Positions 38,661-49,691 of a stretch of DNA of 64,000 bases are shown here, piece by piece. The translations under genes were made by a program, and so were the position numbers. Where the stretch lies: the NCBI GenBank assembly GCA_964566225.1, contig CAZMHV010000002.1:81934-145933 (forward strand). The letters run 5' to 3'. The notes under the pieces were generated by a model that saw only the letters and a list, made by a program, of their open reading frames with translations, was not told the origin of the DNA and made no database searches. How positions within the stretch are numbered: the first letter of the stretch is position 1; the number at the start of each line of letters is the position of its first letter. The stretch is from an uncultured Gammaproteobacteria bacterium (GTDB taxonomy: Bacteria; Patescibacteriota; Patescibacteriia; Magasanikbacterales; UBA922).

Positions 38661-38799
38661 CCGCCCCAGAGTACCATTTTTTGGCCTTTTTGTCAAGTTG
38701 ACTTTTTGGCTTTTTTCAGATAATATTTATGGTATCTGAATATTTATTCAGAACACCCACTTGTAAAATTCAAGTCTGGGTAAAAATGCCTGTCACCGT

Positions 38800-40218
38800 A
38801 TGAAACGATTTGAAATCTTTTTCATGGTTTTTCAAGTACCACTTGATATCCTCATGCTTTTGTTTGCAGGAGTTTCTGGATACTTGCTTCGTTTTTCAGG
38901 TTGGGCGGTCGCGCTCAAGCCAGTTGCCTTTGGTCTTACTTTTTCAGAGTACATCTCTCTTGTTTTGTTTGTTATTCCGGTGTGGCTTGTCACATTTTCT
39001 TTGCTTGGACTCTATACACCAGATGTGAACAGAAAGTTTGTAGCAGAGGTTACAAAAATTTTTTTGGCATCGCTCGCAAGTTTGTCCGTAATTGCTCTTT
39101 ACATTTTGTTTACTCAGCAACTTTTTGATTCTCGATTTTTGGTATTGGCCAGTTTTTCTTTTGCTTGTCTTTATATTTCTCTTGGTAGAATGTTTATGCG
39201 TGGACTGCGTGTACTTTTTTACCGTTCAGGTATTGGACGTCGCCGGGTCGTACTTATTGGAGAAGGTGAAATTGCCGATTCTATTGAAAATATTTTAACC
39301 AGTCGTTCAGCACTTGGGTATGAAGTCATTGAACGAGTAAAGCATTTTTCTGACTCCCTAAAAAATAAAATTAGCAGACAAAAACCCGATGAAATTATTT
39401 TTGCAAACCCTCGTTCACATGAACAAGAAACACTGCAAGCCATTGACTTTGCCAATGAAAAACACATTGTATTCAAATATTCAGCTGATTTATTTTCAAC
39501 CTATTCTACCAATGTAAACATGTATCCACTTGGTGGAATTCCTATTATTGAACTCAAACGAACACCACTTGATGGGTGGGGAAGAGTTGTCAAACGAGTG
39601 TTTGATATTGTGGTTGGACTCATAATGATTGTTGTTTTGAGTCCAATTATGATACTTGCTGCCCTGCTTATTTTTATTGAAACTGGGAGTCCTATTATTT
39701 ATAAAAATGAACGAGTGGGACTTCGTGGACAAAAATTTTTTACGCTTAAATTTCGTTCCATGTATCAAAAAGATTCCACAGGAAGTCAGTTTGGTGAAAA
39801 TGGAAAAAAAGCGCAGCAAAAAGAAAAACAACTTATCAAAAAGCAAAGTATCAAAGCTGGACCTATTTATAAAATTGCCAATGATCCTCGTGTGACACCT
39901 TTTGGCAGTTTTATTCGTCGTTTCAGTATTGATGAAATGCCACAATTTTTCAATGTCATTGTCGGTGACATGAGTATTGTTGGCCCACGTCCACACCAAC
40001 CACGAGAAGTAGCTCGTTACGAAAAAGAACACAAAAAAGTATTTACTCTCAAACCTGGTATTACTGGTTTGGCACAAATTTCTGGACGATCAGACTTGAG
40101 TTTTGAAGAAGAACATCGGCTCGATGTTTTCTATATTGAAAAATGGACTCTCCTTCTCGATATCGTCATTTTTCTCAAAACTCCATTTGTCCTTTTTAAA
40201 AAACGAAAGGCATTATAA
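38800..40218 (+). CDS. polyprenyl-phosphate sugar phosphotransferase (WbaP/bacterial sugar transferase family)
   Basis: N-terminal TM helices and conserved C-terminal catalytic domain (…PGITGLAQISGRSDLSFEEEHRLDVFYIEKWTLLLD…). Confidence 0.85.
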   Translation: MKRFEIFFMVFQVPLDILMLLFAGVSGYLLRFSGWAVALKPVAFGLTFSEYISLVLFVIPVWLVTFSLLGLYTPDVNRKFVAEVTKIFLASLASLSVIALYILFTQQLFDSRFLVLASFSFACLYISLGRMFMRGLRVLFYRSGIGRRRVVLIGEGEIADSIENILTSRSALGYEVIERVKHFSDSLKNKISRQKPDEIIFANPRSHEQETLQAIDFANEKHIVFKYSADLFSTYSTNVNMYPLGGIPIIELKRTPLDGWGRVVKRVFDIVVGLIMIVVLSPIMILAALLIFIETGSPIIYKNERVGLRGQKFFTLKFRSMYQKDSTGSQFGENGKKAQQKEKQLIKKQSIKAGPIYKIANDPRVTPFGSFIRRFSIDEMPQFFNVIVGDMSIVGPRPHQPREVARYEKEHKKVFTLKPGITGLAQISGRSDLSFEEEHRLDVFYIEKWTLLLDIVIFLKTPFVLFKKRKAL

Positions 40219-40283
40219 AAAATAAAATACAAAAAAGTGAAAACACCTTGCAGAAAATATTTGAGTTGATGACCTAGTGAAGT

Positions 40284-41396
40284 ATGAAGATTGCACTTGT
40301 CCATGATTATCTTGCTCAAGACGGGGGAGCAGAAAGAGTTTTAAAAGCGTTTCATGAAATCTGGCCCGAAGCGCCAATTTTTGTTTTATTTCACCAAAAG
40401 GGGAGTGTTGCTGGTTTTGATACCGCAACCATACACGAGTCATTTTTTCGTTTTTTACCATTTGGTCGAACTCACTACCAGTGGTATTTACCATGGATGC
40501 CCTTGGCTACCGAACGTCATAATTTGCATGAATTTGATGTGGTACTTTCTTCTACCAGTGCTTTTGCCAAAGGTGTGCTTACTCGTCCGAACACTTTGCA
40601 TATTTCGTATTGTCATACACCCACCCGATACTTGTGGACGGATACGCATGAATATATTGCAGAGCTTCGATATAATGGTCTTATAAAATCGTTGTTACCT
40701 CCTGTATTACACCGCTTGCGTATTTGGGATAAGGCAAGTGTTGACAGAGTCGATCACTTTATTGCCAACTCCAAAACAGTAGGCAAACGTATTTCCAAAT
40801 ACTATCGTGCACCCAGTGATGTTATCTATCCACCGGTAGATACTCATAATTTTTTTGTGAGTGAAACAGTTGAAGATTATTTTTTGACTGGTGGACGTAT
40901 TGTTCCATACAAACGATTTGATCTTGTGATTGAAGTTTTCAACCGTTTAGGTAAGCCTCTCAAAATTTTTGGCACAGGTCCAGATTTGGATCGACTTCAA
41001 AAACATGCGAAGCCAAATATTGAGTTTTTGGGCAGAGTGAGTGATGAACAAAAAGCATCTCTTATGAGTAAAGCTCAGGCATTTGTTCATCCTCAAATAG
41101 AAGATTTGGGTATAACTCCCCTCGAATCTATGGCCTCAGGTCGTCCAGTGATTGCTTACGGTGTTGGTGGCGTAACCGAAACTGTCGTGCCTCACAAAAC
41201 AGGTATTTTTTTTCAACATCAAACCTGGGAGTCATTGCTGGAGGCTATTTTGGATTTTGACAAAACCAAGTGGGATACCCATGCTATTCGTGAACATTCA
41301 ATCTTGTTTAGTGCTTCTACTTTTAAAAAAAGAATTCGTGATTATGTTGAAAGTAGGTATGATGAATTTAACGAAACAATGGACTATTTGAACTGA
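40284..41396 (+). CDS. glycosyltransferase family 4
   Basis: GT4 fold; E…GITPLESMASGRPVIA motif. Confidence 0.8.
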   Translation: MKIALVHDYLAQDGGAERVLKAFHEIWPEAPIFVLFHQKGSVAGFDTATIHESFFRFLPFGRTHYQWYLPWMPLATERHNLHEFDVVLSSTSAFAKGVLTRPNTLHISYCHTPTRYLWTDTHEYIAELRYNGLIKSLLPPVLHRLRIWDKASVDRVDHFIANSKTVGKRISKYYRAPSDVIYPPVDTHNFFVSETVEDYFLTGGRIVPYKRFDLVIEVFNRLGKPLKIFGTGPDLDRLQKHAKPNIEFLGRVSDEQKASLMSKAQAFVHPQIEDLGITPLESMASGRPVIAYGVGGVTETVVPHKTGIFFQHQTWESLLEAILDFDKTKWDTHAIREHSILFSASTFKKRIRDYVESRYDEFNETMDYLN

Positions 41397-41478
41397 TATT
41401 GGGAACATTTCTCAAACTCTAAAAAATTATTTATAAAGAAATTGAGCACGTTTAATTTTTTTGCTCAGTCACTTACTT

Positions 41479-42648
41479 ATGAATATTGGCATTGATATCA
41501 ATCCACTTCTCACTTCACCCCGGACGGGAGTTGGTGAATATACCTTTGAACTGCTCAATGCTTTGTTTACCCTTGATAAAAAAAATCAATATTTTCTTTT
41601 TTCCAACTCATTTTCCAAAAAACACGACGACCAAATTTGGAGTCAAAAAAATGTTCACTGTATTCATACTCGTGTCCCAAATAAAATTTTTCATCTGGTG
41701 ATGCAACTTACCAAACGACCCTACATCGATGAGCTTTTGGTAAAACAATATGAAAAAAAGAATAAAATAAAAATTGGTCACCTGGATGTGTTTTTTTCTC
41801 CTAATATTGGTTTTTCTTCACTTTCCAAAAAATGTAAAAAAATTCTTACGGTGCATGATGTTTCATTTGAATTATTTCCTAAGTGTTTTTCTTTCAAAAT
41901 GCGTCTGTGGCATAAAATTTTAGATCCCAAAAAACAGTGTGAACAAGCACAGAATATCTTTGTCCCATCAGAGAATACCAAACAAGATCTCATGCTCTTG
42001 TATAATATTTCTCCAGAAAAAATTTCTGTGAGTCCGCTTGGTCTCAGTTCGTGTTTTGCCTCGGTTGATGTTTTTGATCCTGAACACTTACGTCTGGTGA
42101 AAGACAAATACCATCTCCCGAGCAAGTATATTTTCTTTTTAGGCACGGTAGAACCACGTAAAAATATTTTATTTTTACTCCAGGCTTTTGCTTTATTTCA
42201 AAAACAATTTCCGGTACAAGCAAGTGAATATACCTTGGTTATCGCAGGTAACAATGGTTGGAAATACAAACCAATACAAAAGAGTATTGCAGCGACTCCA
42301 CAGGTTCAATATATTGGATATGTAGAAGAACGTGATAAACCTCTTTTGTATCACGGTGCCAGCATGTTTGTGTATCCAAGTTTGTACGAAGGATTTGGAC
42401 TCCCAGTACTCGAAGCTATGGCCAGTGGTGTACCCGTTATTACGAGCAATCGTTCCTCGCTTCCTGAAATAACAAGTGGGGCTGCGTATTTGATTGATCC
42501 ACGCAATATTCAAACTCTCGTAACCGCTTTTGTACGGCTCAGCGATTCTGAGTCGCTAAGGCATGCGCATGTATCCAAAGGACTCAACGAAGCACAAAAA
42601 TTTTCGTGGCAAAAATCAGCAGAACAGTTTTTGAAAAATATTTATTAA
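41479..42648 (+). CDS. glycosyltransferase family 4
   Basis: EGFGLPVLEAMASGVPVITS. Confidence 0.8.
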   Translation: MNIGIDINPLLTSPRTGVGEYTFELLNALFTLDKKNQYFLFSNSFSKKHDDQIWSQKNVHCIHTRVPNKIFHLVMQLTKRPYIDELLVKQYEKKNKIKIGHLDVFFSPNIGFSSLSKKCKKILTVHDVSFELFPKCFSFKMRLWHKILDPKKQCEQAQNIFVPSENTKQDLMLLYNISPEKISVSPLGLSSCFASVDVFDPEHLRLVKDKYHLPSKYIFFLGTVEPRKNILFLLQAFALFQKQFPVQASEYTLVIAGNNGWKYKPIQKSIAATPQVQYIGYVEERDKPLLYHGASMFVYPSLYEGFGLPVLEAMASGVPVITSNRSSLPEITSGAAYLIDPRNIQTLVTAFVRLSDSESLRHAHVSKGLNEAQKFSWQKSAEQFLKNIY

Positions 42649-42654
42649 AATACT

Positions 42655-43779
42655 ATGCGTATTGGTATTGACGCACGCATGATGGGTAAAGGATTTGGAC
42701 TGGCTCGGTACACCGAGCAACTTATTGTGCATTCTTTACAAGTTGATACGGTCAACGAATTTGTTTTGTTTTTACGCAAAGAAAATTGGGATCAGATTCC
42801 AGATACCACACCTCGAGTCAAAAAAGTACTTGCAGATATTCCCTGGTATAGCCTACAAGAACAGTTGCAACTGATTGGCATTATCAAAAAAGAAAAGGTC
42901 GATCTCATGCATTTTCCACATTGGAATATTCCATATTTTTATCGCCAGCCGTATGTGGTCACCATTCATGATCTTATCATGTTTCACTTTCCACGGGCAC
43001 AGGCTACCACACTTGGGCCTGTGAAATTTTGGGTCAAAGATATGGCGCATCGGCTGCTTTTGCGTACAATATCCAAAAGTGCCAAACATATTTTTGCTAC
43101 GAGTGAATTTACCAAGAGTGATATCCACGCAACATTACATGTGCCTTTAGAAAAAATGACGGTCACGTATCAGGCACCGTTTGAGGTCATTCAAAACATG
43201 GACGACATAAACCATGAATCCCTTCTCGCCAAATATAATATTACCAAGCCATATATACTCTATGTTGGTGCAGCCTATCCACACAAAAATCTCAGAGGTC
43301 TGATTGATGCATGGAAATTGTATGAACAAAAATATGGTTCAACCCATCAGTTGGTGTTGGTTGGTAAAGAAAATTATTTTTATTCGGAAATAAAAAAGTA
43401 TCAGCAAGCAGTGGCACCAGAGAGTCATGTTTTGTTTACAGGTTTTGTTCCTGACGAAGAACTTTCGGTACTGTATGAACATGCTTCTTTGTACGTATTT
43501 CCGAGTCTCTACGAAGGTTTTGGTCTTCCTCCCCTGGAAGCCATGGTACATGGCGTACCAGTTGTCTCATCAAATCAGAGTTGTCTTCCTGAAGTCCTGG
43601 GCAATGCAGCACTGTATTTTGATCCCCAAAACAGAGATGAGATGGTTGAAAAAATTCACTCTGGTCTCACCGATATATTACTTCAAGAAAATTTGAAAAT
43701 ACATTCAAAAAAAATTCTGCAAAAATACTCCTGGGAAACACTTGCCAGACAGACGATAAATGTCTACCTCTGCCCTTGA
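42655..43779 (+). CDS. glycosyltransferase family 4
   Basis: EGFGLPPLEAMVHGVPVVSS. Confidence 0.8.
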   Translation: MRIGIDARMMGKGFGLARYTEQLIVHSLQVDTVNEFVLFLRKENWDQIPDTTPRVKKVLADIPWYSLQEQLQLIGIIKKEKVDLMHFPHWNIPYFYRQPYVVTIHDLIMFHFPRAQATTLGPVKFWVKDMAHRLLLRTISKSAKHIFATSEFTKSDIHATLHVPLEKMTVTYQAPFEVIQNMDDINHESLLAKYNITKPYILYVGAAYPHKNLRGLIDAWKLYEQKYGSTHQLVLVGKENYFYSEIKKYQQAVAPESHVLFTGFVPDEELSVLYEHASLYVFPSLYEGFGLPPLEAMVHGVPVVSSNQSCLPEVLGNAALYFDPQNRDEMVEKIHSGLTDILLQENLKIHSKKILQKYSWETLARQTINVYLCP

Positions 43780-43832
43780 TTTTTTCTGCGTTTAGTGATA
43801 CAATAGCCTCCACTTAACTTCTTTTATTCTCT

Positions 43833-44561
43833 ATGTCTGGAATTTTTCAAACCGTTCTCTATCAGCCAATTTTCAATGGTTTTGTAGCATTGTATAACCT
43901 TATACCAGATGTTGGTATTGTTATTTTGATTGTCACCATACTCTTAAAGGTGGTAACCTATCCTTTGACTGACAAATCTATCAAAGCACAAAGGTCACTC
44001 AGTGCTCTGCAACCCAAAATGGAAGATTTGAAAAAAAAGTACAAAGACGATCAGCAAACTTTGGCGCAAGAAACCATGAAGTTGTACAAGGAACATAAAG
44101 TAAATCCACTTGGCTCGTGTCTGCCTTTGCTCATTCAGCTTCCTATTTTTATTGCACTGTACCAAGTTTTACAAAATGGACTTACGGCTAATGACTTTCA
44201 ATTGCTCTATTCATTTGTGCCGAGCCCAGGAAGTATCAATACCATAACACTTGGATTTTTTGACCTAGTAAAACCAAACGTTGTCTTGGCAGTACTTGCT
44301 GGTGCGTCTCAGTTTATGCAAGCCAAAACTATGATGCGCAAACACCCACCAAAAGCCGCAGGCGAAGGTGGTAAAGACGAAGATATGGCAGCTATGATGA
44401 ATAAACAAATGCTCTATGTCATGCCGGTGCTTACGGTGATTATTGGTCTCAAGCTTCCTGGTGGTTTGTCACTCTACTGGTTTTTGTCGACTATTTTAAC
44501 GGCAGCGCAACAATATTGGGTTGCCAAAAAAGAAAAACAGACTGATGTTGTAGTGTTATAA
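43833..44561 (+). CDS. yidC: membrane protein insertase YidC (short form)
   Basis: …VTYPLTDKSIKAQRSLSALQPKMEDLKKKYKDDQQ…HKVNPLGSCLPLLIQLPIFIALY. Confidence 0.85.
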   Translation: MSGIFQTVLYQPIFNGFVALYNLIPDVGIVILIVTILLKVVTYPLTDKSIKAQRSLSALQPKMEDLKKKYKDDQQTLAQETMKLYKEHKVNPLGSCLPLLIQLPIFIALYQVLQNGLTANDFQLLYSFVPSPGSINTITLGFFDLVKPNVVLAVLAGASQFMQAKTMMRKHPPKAAGEGGKDEDMAAMMNKQMLYVMPVLTVIIGLKLPGGLSLYWFLSTILTAAQQYWVAKKEKQTDVVVL

Positions 44562-44566
44562 TCAAT

Positions 44567-44866
44567 ATGCGTATTGCTTTCAAACAGCTCAAAAAAATGA
44601 AAGTGGAAACGCTTTCTGGTACCAACCTTGGCAAAGTGCATGATATTATTTTCGATACAGAAGGTCAAAATATTATTCAGTATATAGTAAAACTCGGGAC
44701 TCTTGCTACCGAAGAAAATTTAATCAGTCGTGATCAGATTGTTCGATTTGAAGACAAAAAAGTGATTGTTTATGATACGGCTGTAAAGAAAAAAGACCGT
44801 GATATGGAAAAAATCATTCCTTTAGTTCCACAGGTTGACTCCAACCTTGCCATGCGACAAGAGTAA
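44567..44866 (+). CDS. PRC-barrel domain protein (YlmC/YmxH-like)
   Basis: LSGTNLGKVHDIIFDTEGQNIIQYIV… PRC-barrel pattern. Confidence 0.5.
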   Translation: MRIAFKQLKKMKVETLSGTNLGKVHDIIFDTEGQNIIQYIVKLGTLATEENLISRDQIVRFEDKKVIVYDTAVKKKDRDMEKIIPLVPQVDSNLAMRQE

Positions 44867-44871
44867 AAACA

Positions 44872-44906
44872 AAAAAGAAGATCCTTCATGGACCTTCTTT
44901 TATTTT
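44872..44906 (+). terminator. rho-independent terminator
   Basis: agaagatcc-ttcatg-gaccttctt-ttatttt. Confidence 0.6.
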
Positions 44907-44935
44907 ACGTCAAAATACGTTACACTTGAACCTAT

Positions 44936-45871
44936 ATGGACATGTTTCACATTTCTCTCAAAAAAACCTTGGCCTACTTTGATTTATTTTCTTGCCCCAT
45001 TACCAAGGAAGAGTTATATACATATCTTTTCTCTCCACAAGAAGAAATTTCTTTTGATACGTTTGTGCGTCGTCTTCATACCCTTGAGGCTTCCAAAGAA
45101 AAGTGTTTTGAAACCTCGTGTGGGTATTATTTTTTACCAGCGAAACAAGAAACTGTGACCATGCGTGAACGTCGTGTTTGGTATATTGAAAAAAAATTAA
45201 AAATTGCCAAACGAGCGGCTCGGCTTTTACGTTATATTCCATTTGTCAAAGCCTTTTTTGTATGCAATCAAATACAAATTGGTGTGACTCAAAAAAGTGA
45301 TATTGATGTGCTTATTGTGGTAAAGCAGGGGAGAATGTTTTTTACTCGATTGTGCATTACATTTTTGCTTGGTCTTTTTCGCCTTCGTCGTGGAAAGAAA
45401 AAAGTAACCGATCGGATCTGTTTGAGTTTTTATGTCACAGACAATGCGTTAGATTTTTCTTCTCTCCAAATAGGGGAGCCTGATATTTATTTTACCTATT
45501 GGCTCGCAACACTCATTCCAGTCTATGATCCAGAGGACTCCTTGCAAAAAATATTTTCAAACAACATTTGGGCAACAAAAAATTTACCACATGCCTTTGA
45601 GAGCGTACCCCTTGGCAGTGATTGGAAAGTAACAAATAATATGTTTAGTCTTTTTATAAAACAGTGGCTTGAAAAAATACTGCAGGGCAAGTGGGGGGAC
45701 AAGCTTGAAGCTGCCACCAAAAAATTTCAGCTCAAACATATGCAGGGCAATAAGTCGAGTGTCCAAAATCAAGACTCTCGCGTTGTTATCTCAGACACTT
45801 TATTAAAATTTCACGAAAACGACCGCCGAGACCTGTTTCGACAAGAGTGGGAAAAGCGGTGGAAGATATAA
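44936..45871 (+). CDS. hypothetical protein (possible nucleotidyltransferase fold)
   Basis: …QKSDIDVLIVV… resembles the Pol-beta-type NTase hG[GS]/DxD region; otherwise unrecognised. Confidence 0.35.
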   Translation: MDMFHISLKKTLAYFDLFSCPITKEELYTYLFSPQEEISFDTFVRRLHTLEASKEKCFETSCGYYFLPAKQETVTMRERRVWYIEKKLKIAKRAARLLRYIPFVKAFFVCNQIQIGVTQKSDIDVLIVVKQGRMFFTRLCITFLLGLFRLRRGKKKVTDRICLSFYVTDNALDFSSLQIGEPDIYFTYWLATLIPVYDPEDSLQKIFSNNIWATKNLPHAFESVPLGSDWKVTNNMFSLFIKQWLEKILQGKWGDKLEAATKKFQLKHMQGNKSSVQNQDSRVVISDTLLKFHENDRRDLFRQEWEKRWKI

Positions 45872-45880
45872 AAAATATTC

Positions 45881-47185
45881 ATGAACAGTATCTTTGATAA
45901 AAAAAAATTACCTCAAAAGTTACATTTTTTTCTCAGTGCACTTTTGTTTCTCCTCCCATGGCAAACCATTCTCATCCTTCAAAAATGGGAACTCGGCACC
46001 ATTGGTATTTTTGGATTTGAAATTTTATTTTGGATTGTTGCCGCAGTATTTTTTGTCTGGTATTTTCAAAGTAAAAAACAACCGACAAAAATGAGTTGGC
46101 TCTTCGTAACTTCTTTTGTTTTTTTGGGCTTTTGTTTTCTCTCTATTCTTTGGTCACCTGAGCCAATGGTTGCTTTTTTTCAAAGCCTTCGAATCACTGA
46201 GGGTTTTTTACTTTTATATATATTCACGGTTGTTCCGTTTGATACATACAAGGCCGCAGGTTGGTTTATTGCAGGATCAACGGTGCAAGCACTCCTTGGA
46301 ATCTATCAATTTCTCACTCAGTCCACAGTGAGTTTCAAATGGCTTGGACTTGTTTCCCATCCAGTGCTGGAGACAGGGACGTCGGTTATTCAAAGTCTTG
46401 AAGTAGGCAGGTGGCTCCGCGCATATGGTGCATTTCCACACCCCAATGTACTTGGTGGATACCTCGTTGTTGGAATTATGTGTACAACACTTTTTCTTTT
46501 CTCAAAAAATATTCAAAATAAAAAAATAATTTTTTTGAGTCTGTTCATTCAAACTGCAGCACTTTTTTTCACCTTTAGTCGTTCGGCGTGGATTGCTACG
46601 GTACTTTGGTTTGGTGGACTCGTTGCATACTCTGTGGTGAAAAAATACAAAAAACAAAACTCTCTCTTAATCAAAAATATTCCTCACATTGTCTTTTCTT
46701 TTTTTCTATTCATCAGTATTGTATCCCTGTTCTATTTTCCTCTTGTCAAAACTCGTATTAGAGGCGAATCCTATCATGAAGTTCGTTCCATTGAAGAACG
46801 CATTGGTGGCCCTAAGTTTGCTTTGAATCTTTGGAAAACCTCGCCCCTCATAGGAGTAGGAGTAGGCAACTATGTTCCAGCCATGTCTGAAGTTTCTCCA
46901 AATCAAGAACGGTGGGTATACGAACCAGTCCATGTTGTCCCGCTTTTAATGCTCACGGAGCTTGGAATTTTCGGCTTCAGTGTATTTCTCCTTGTTGGTT
47001 TTTTCTTTGCAAAGAATATTCCTTTGGGTGGTATTTTTATGCTGGTAGGCTTTTCTGTGCTTCCATTGTTTATGCTCGATCACTATTTATATTCACTCCC
47101 AGGAGGGCTATTTCTCTCGGGGGTTATTCTTGGGCTTTTTCCAAAATTTTTCCACACTTTGTCCCCACCTCAGGAACAAAACTAG
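45881..47185 (+). CDS. O-antigen ligase/polymerase family membrane protein (Wzy_C-like)
   Basis: About 10 TM helices; conserved …FSRSAWIA… loop region. Confidence 0.65.
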   Translation: MNSIFDKKKLPQKLHFFLSALLFLLPWQTILILQKWELGTIGIFGFEILFWIVAAVFFVWYFQSKKQPTKMSWLFVTSFVFLGFCFLSILWSPEPMVAFFQSLRITEGFLLLYIFTVVPFDTYKAAGWFIAGSTVQALLGIYQFLTQSTVSFKWLGLVSHPVLETGTSVIQSLEVGRWLRAYGAFPHPNVLGGYLVVGIMCTTLFLFSKNIQNKKIIFLSLFIQTAALFFTFSRSAWIATVLWFGGLVAYSVVKKYKKQNSLLIKNIPHIVFSFFLFISIVSLFYFPLVKTRIRGESYHEVRSIEERIGGPKFALNLWKTSPLIGVGVGNYVPAMSEVSPNQERWVYEPVHVVPLLMLTELGIFGFSVFLLVGFFFAKNIPLGGIFMLVGFSVLPLFMLDHYLYSLPGGLFLSGVILGLFPKFFHTLSPPQEQN

Positions 47186-47409
47186 TTTTTTGGCCAGTTT
47201 TTGACCTTTTTTTCGAGTCTTTGAAATCATTGACAAATACCCCCAAAAGTGCGACAATACGAGTCCAGAAGGCAAAAGAAAGGTCTCCGGCCCAGGCGTT
47301 CGCTCAACGATTTCGTGTCATGACAGGCATCACGATATCTCCATGAGACGGCGCCTTGAGCTGGGTACCTTTTTGAGGCTTTCTTGTGGAAAAAGAAGGG
47401 ATATTCCTC

Positions 47410-47439
47410 TTGACAATTTGACCCTAGAAATGGTATAAA
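47410..47439 (+). promoter_or_regulatory. sigma70-like promoter of groES-groEL
   Basis: TTGACA - 18 nt - TATAAA, immediately 5' of the CIRCE-like inverted repeat. Confidence 0.55.
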
Positions 47440-47440
47440 A

Positions 47441-47467
47441 TTATCACTCTCAATATGGGAGTGATAA
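47441..47467 (+). promoter_or_regulatory. CIRCE-like HrcA operator (variant)
   Basis: TTATCACTC-N9-GAGTGATAA versus consensus TTAGCACTC-N9-GAGTGCTAA; upstream of groES. Confidence 0.7.
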
Positions 47468-47607
47468 TTTATTTTATCTCAGTAAAAATAAAGCTATATT
47501 ATATATAATTTATTTTTACTTCGATAGTATCTTCGTGTAAACATTTCACGAAAAAAGAAAATGTCTACACGAATCATAAGTTTTTAATTCATATAATTTT
47601 TATTCAT

Positions 47608-47895
47608 ATGAACATCAAACCACTTGGAAATAGAGTTCTTGTTGAACTCAAGAAAAAAGAATCAACCACTGCTTCTGGCATCGTGCTTCCTGAAAGTGGA
47701 GACAAACAAAAAGCCGAAGGTGTTGTGGTAGCCGTAGGACCAGGCAAAATACTTGAAAATGGTGAACGTACCAAGATAGAAGTTACTGTTGGTCAAACCG
47801 TGCTTGTGAAATCATGGGGCGGAGACGAAGTCAAAATGAATGAAAAAGAGTATAAAATTTTTGATGCCGAAGATATTTTGGGCATTGTTGAATAA
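47608..47895 (+). CDS. groS: co-chaperonin GroES
   Basis: MNIKPLGNRVLV…; 95 aa. Confidence 0.95.
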   Translation: MNIKPLGNRVLVELKKKESTTASGIVLPESGDKQKAEGVVVAVGPGKILENGERTKIEVTVGQTVLVKSWGGDEVKMNEKEYKIFDAEDILGIVE

Positions 47896-47949
47896 CAAAC
47901 CATTGCTTTTCCTCGTTTTCACTTTACCTCAACTCATAAATAAATATAA

Positions 47950-49599
<1,650 letters not shown>

Positions 49600-49611
49600 A
49601 CAAATCAAAAA

Positions 49612-49648
49612 CAAAAAAGCAGTGACTCTTCACTGCTTTTTGTTTTAT
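49612..49648 (+). terminator. rho-independent terminator after groEL
   Basis: agcagtga-ctct-tcactgct-ttttt. Confidence 0.8.
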
Positions 49649-49691
49649 TCTTAAAAATTTGATATACTTTAATTTCAAGATTATTTAGTAT

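Noticed and set aside
46912-47346. 144-aa plus-strand ORF
   Set aside because: Frame overlap with the end of the O-antigen-ligase gene; sequence is low-complexity.
47240-47400. SRP RNA / 6S RNA assignment for the GC-rich intergenic block
   Set aside because: Could not find the SRP domain IV motif or 6S-like bubble by eye; left as an unassigned candidate.
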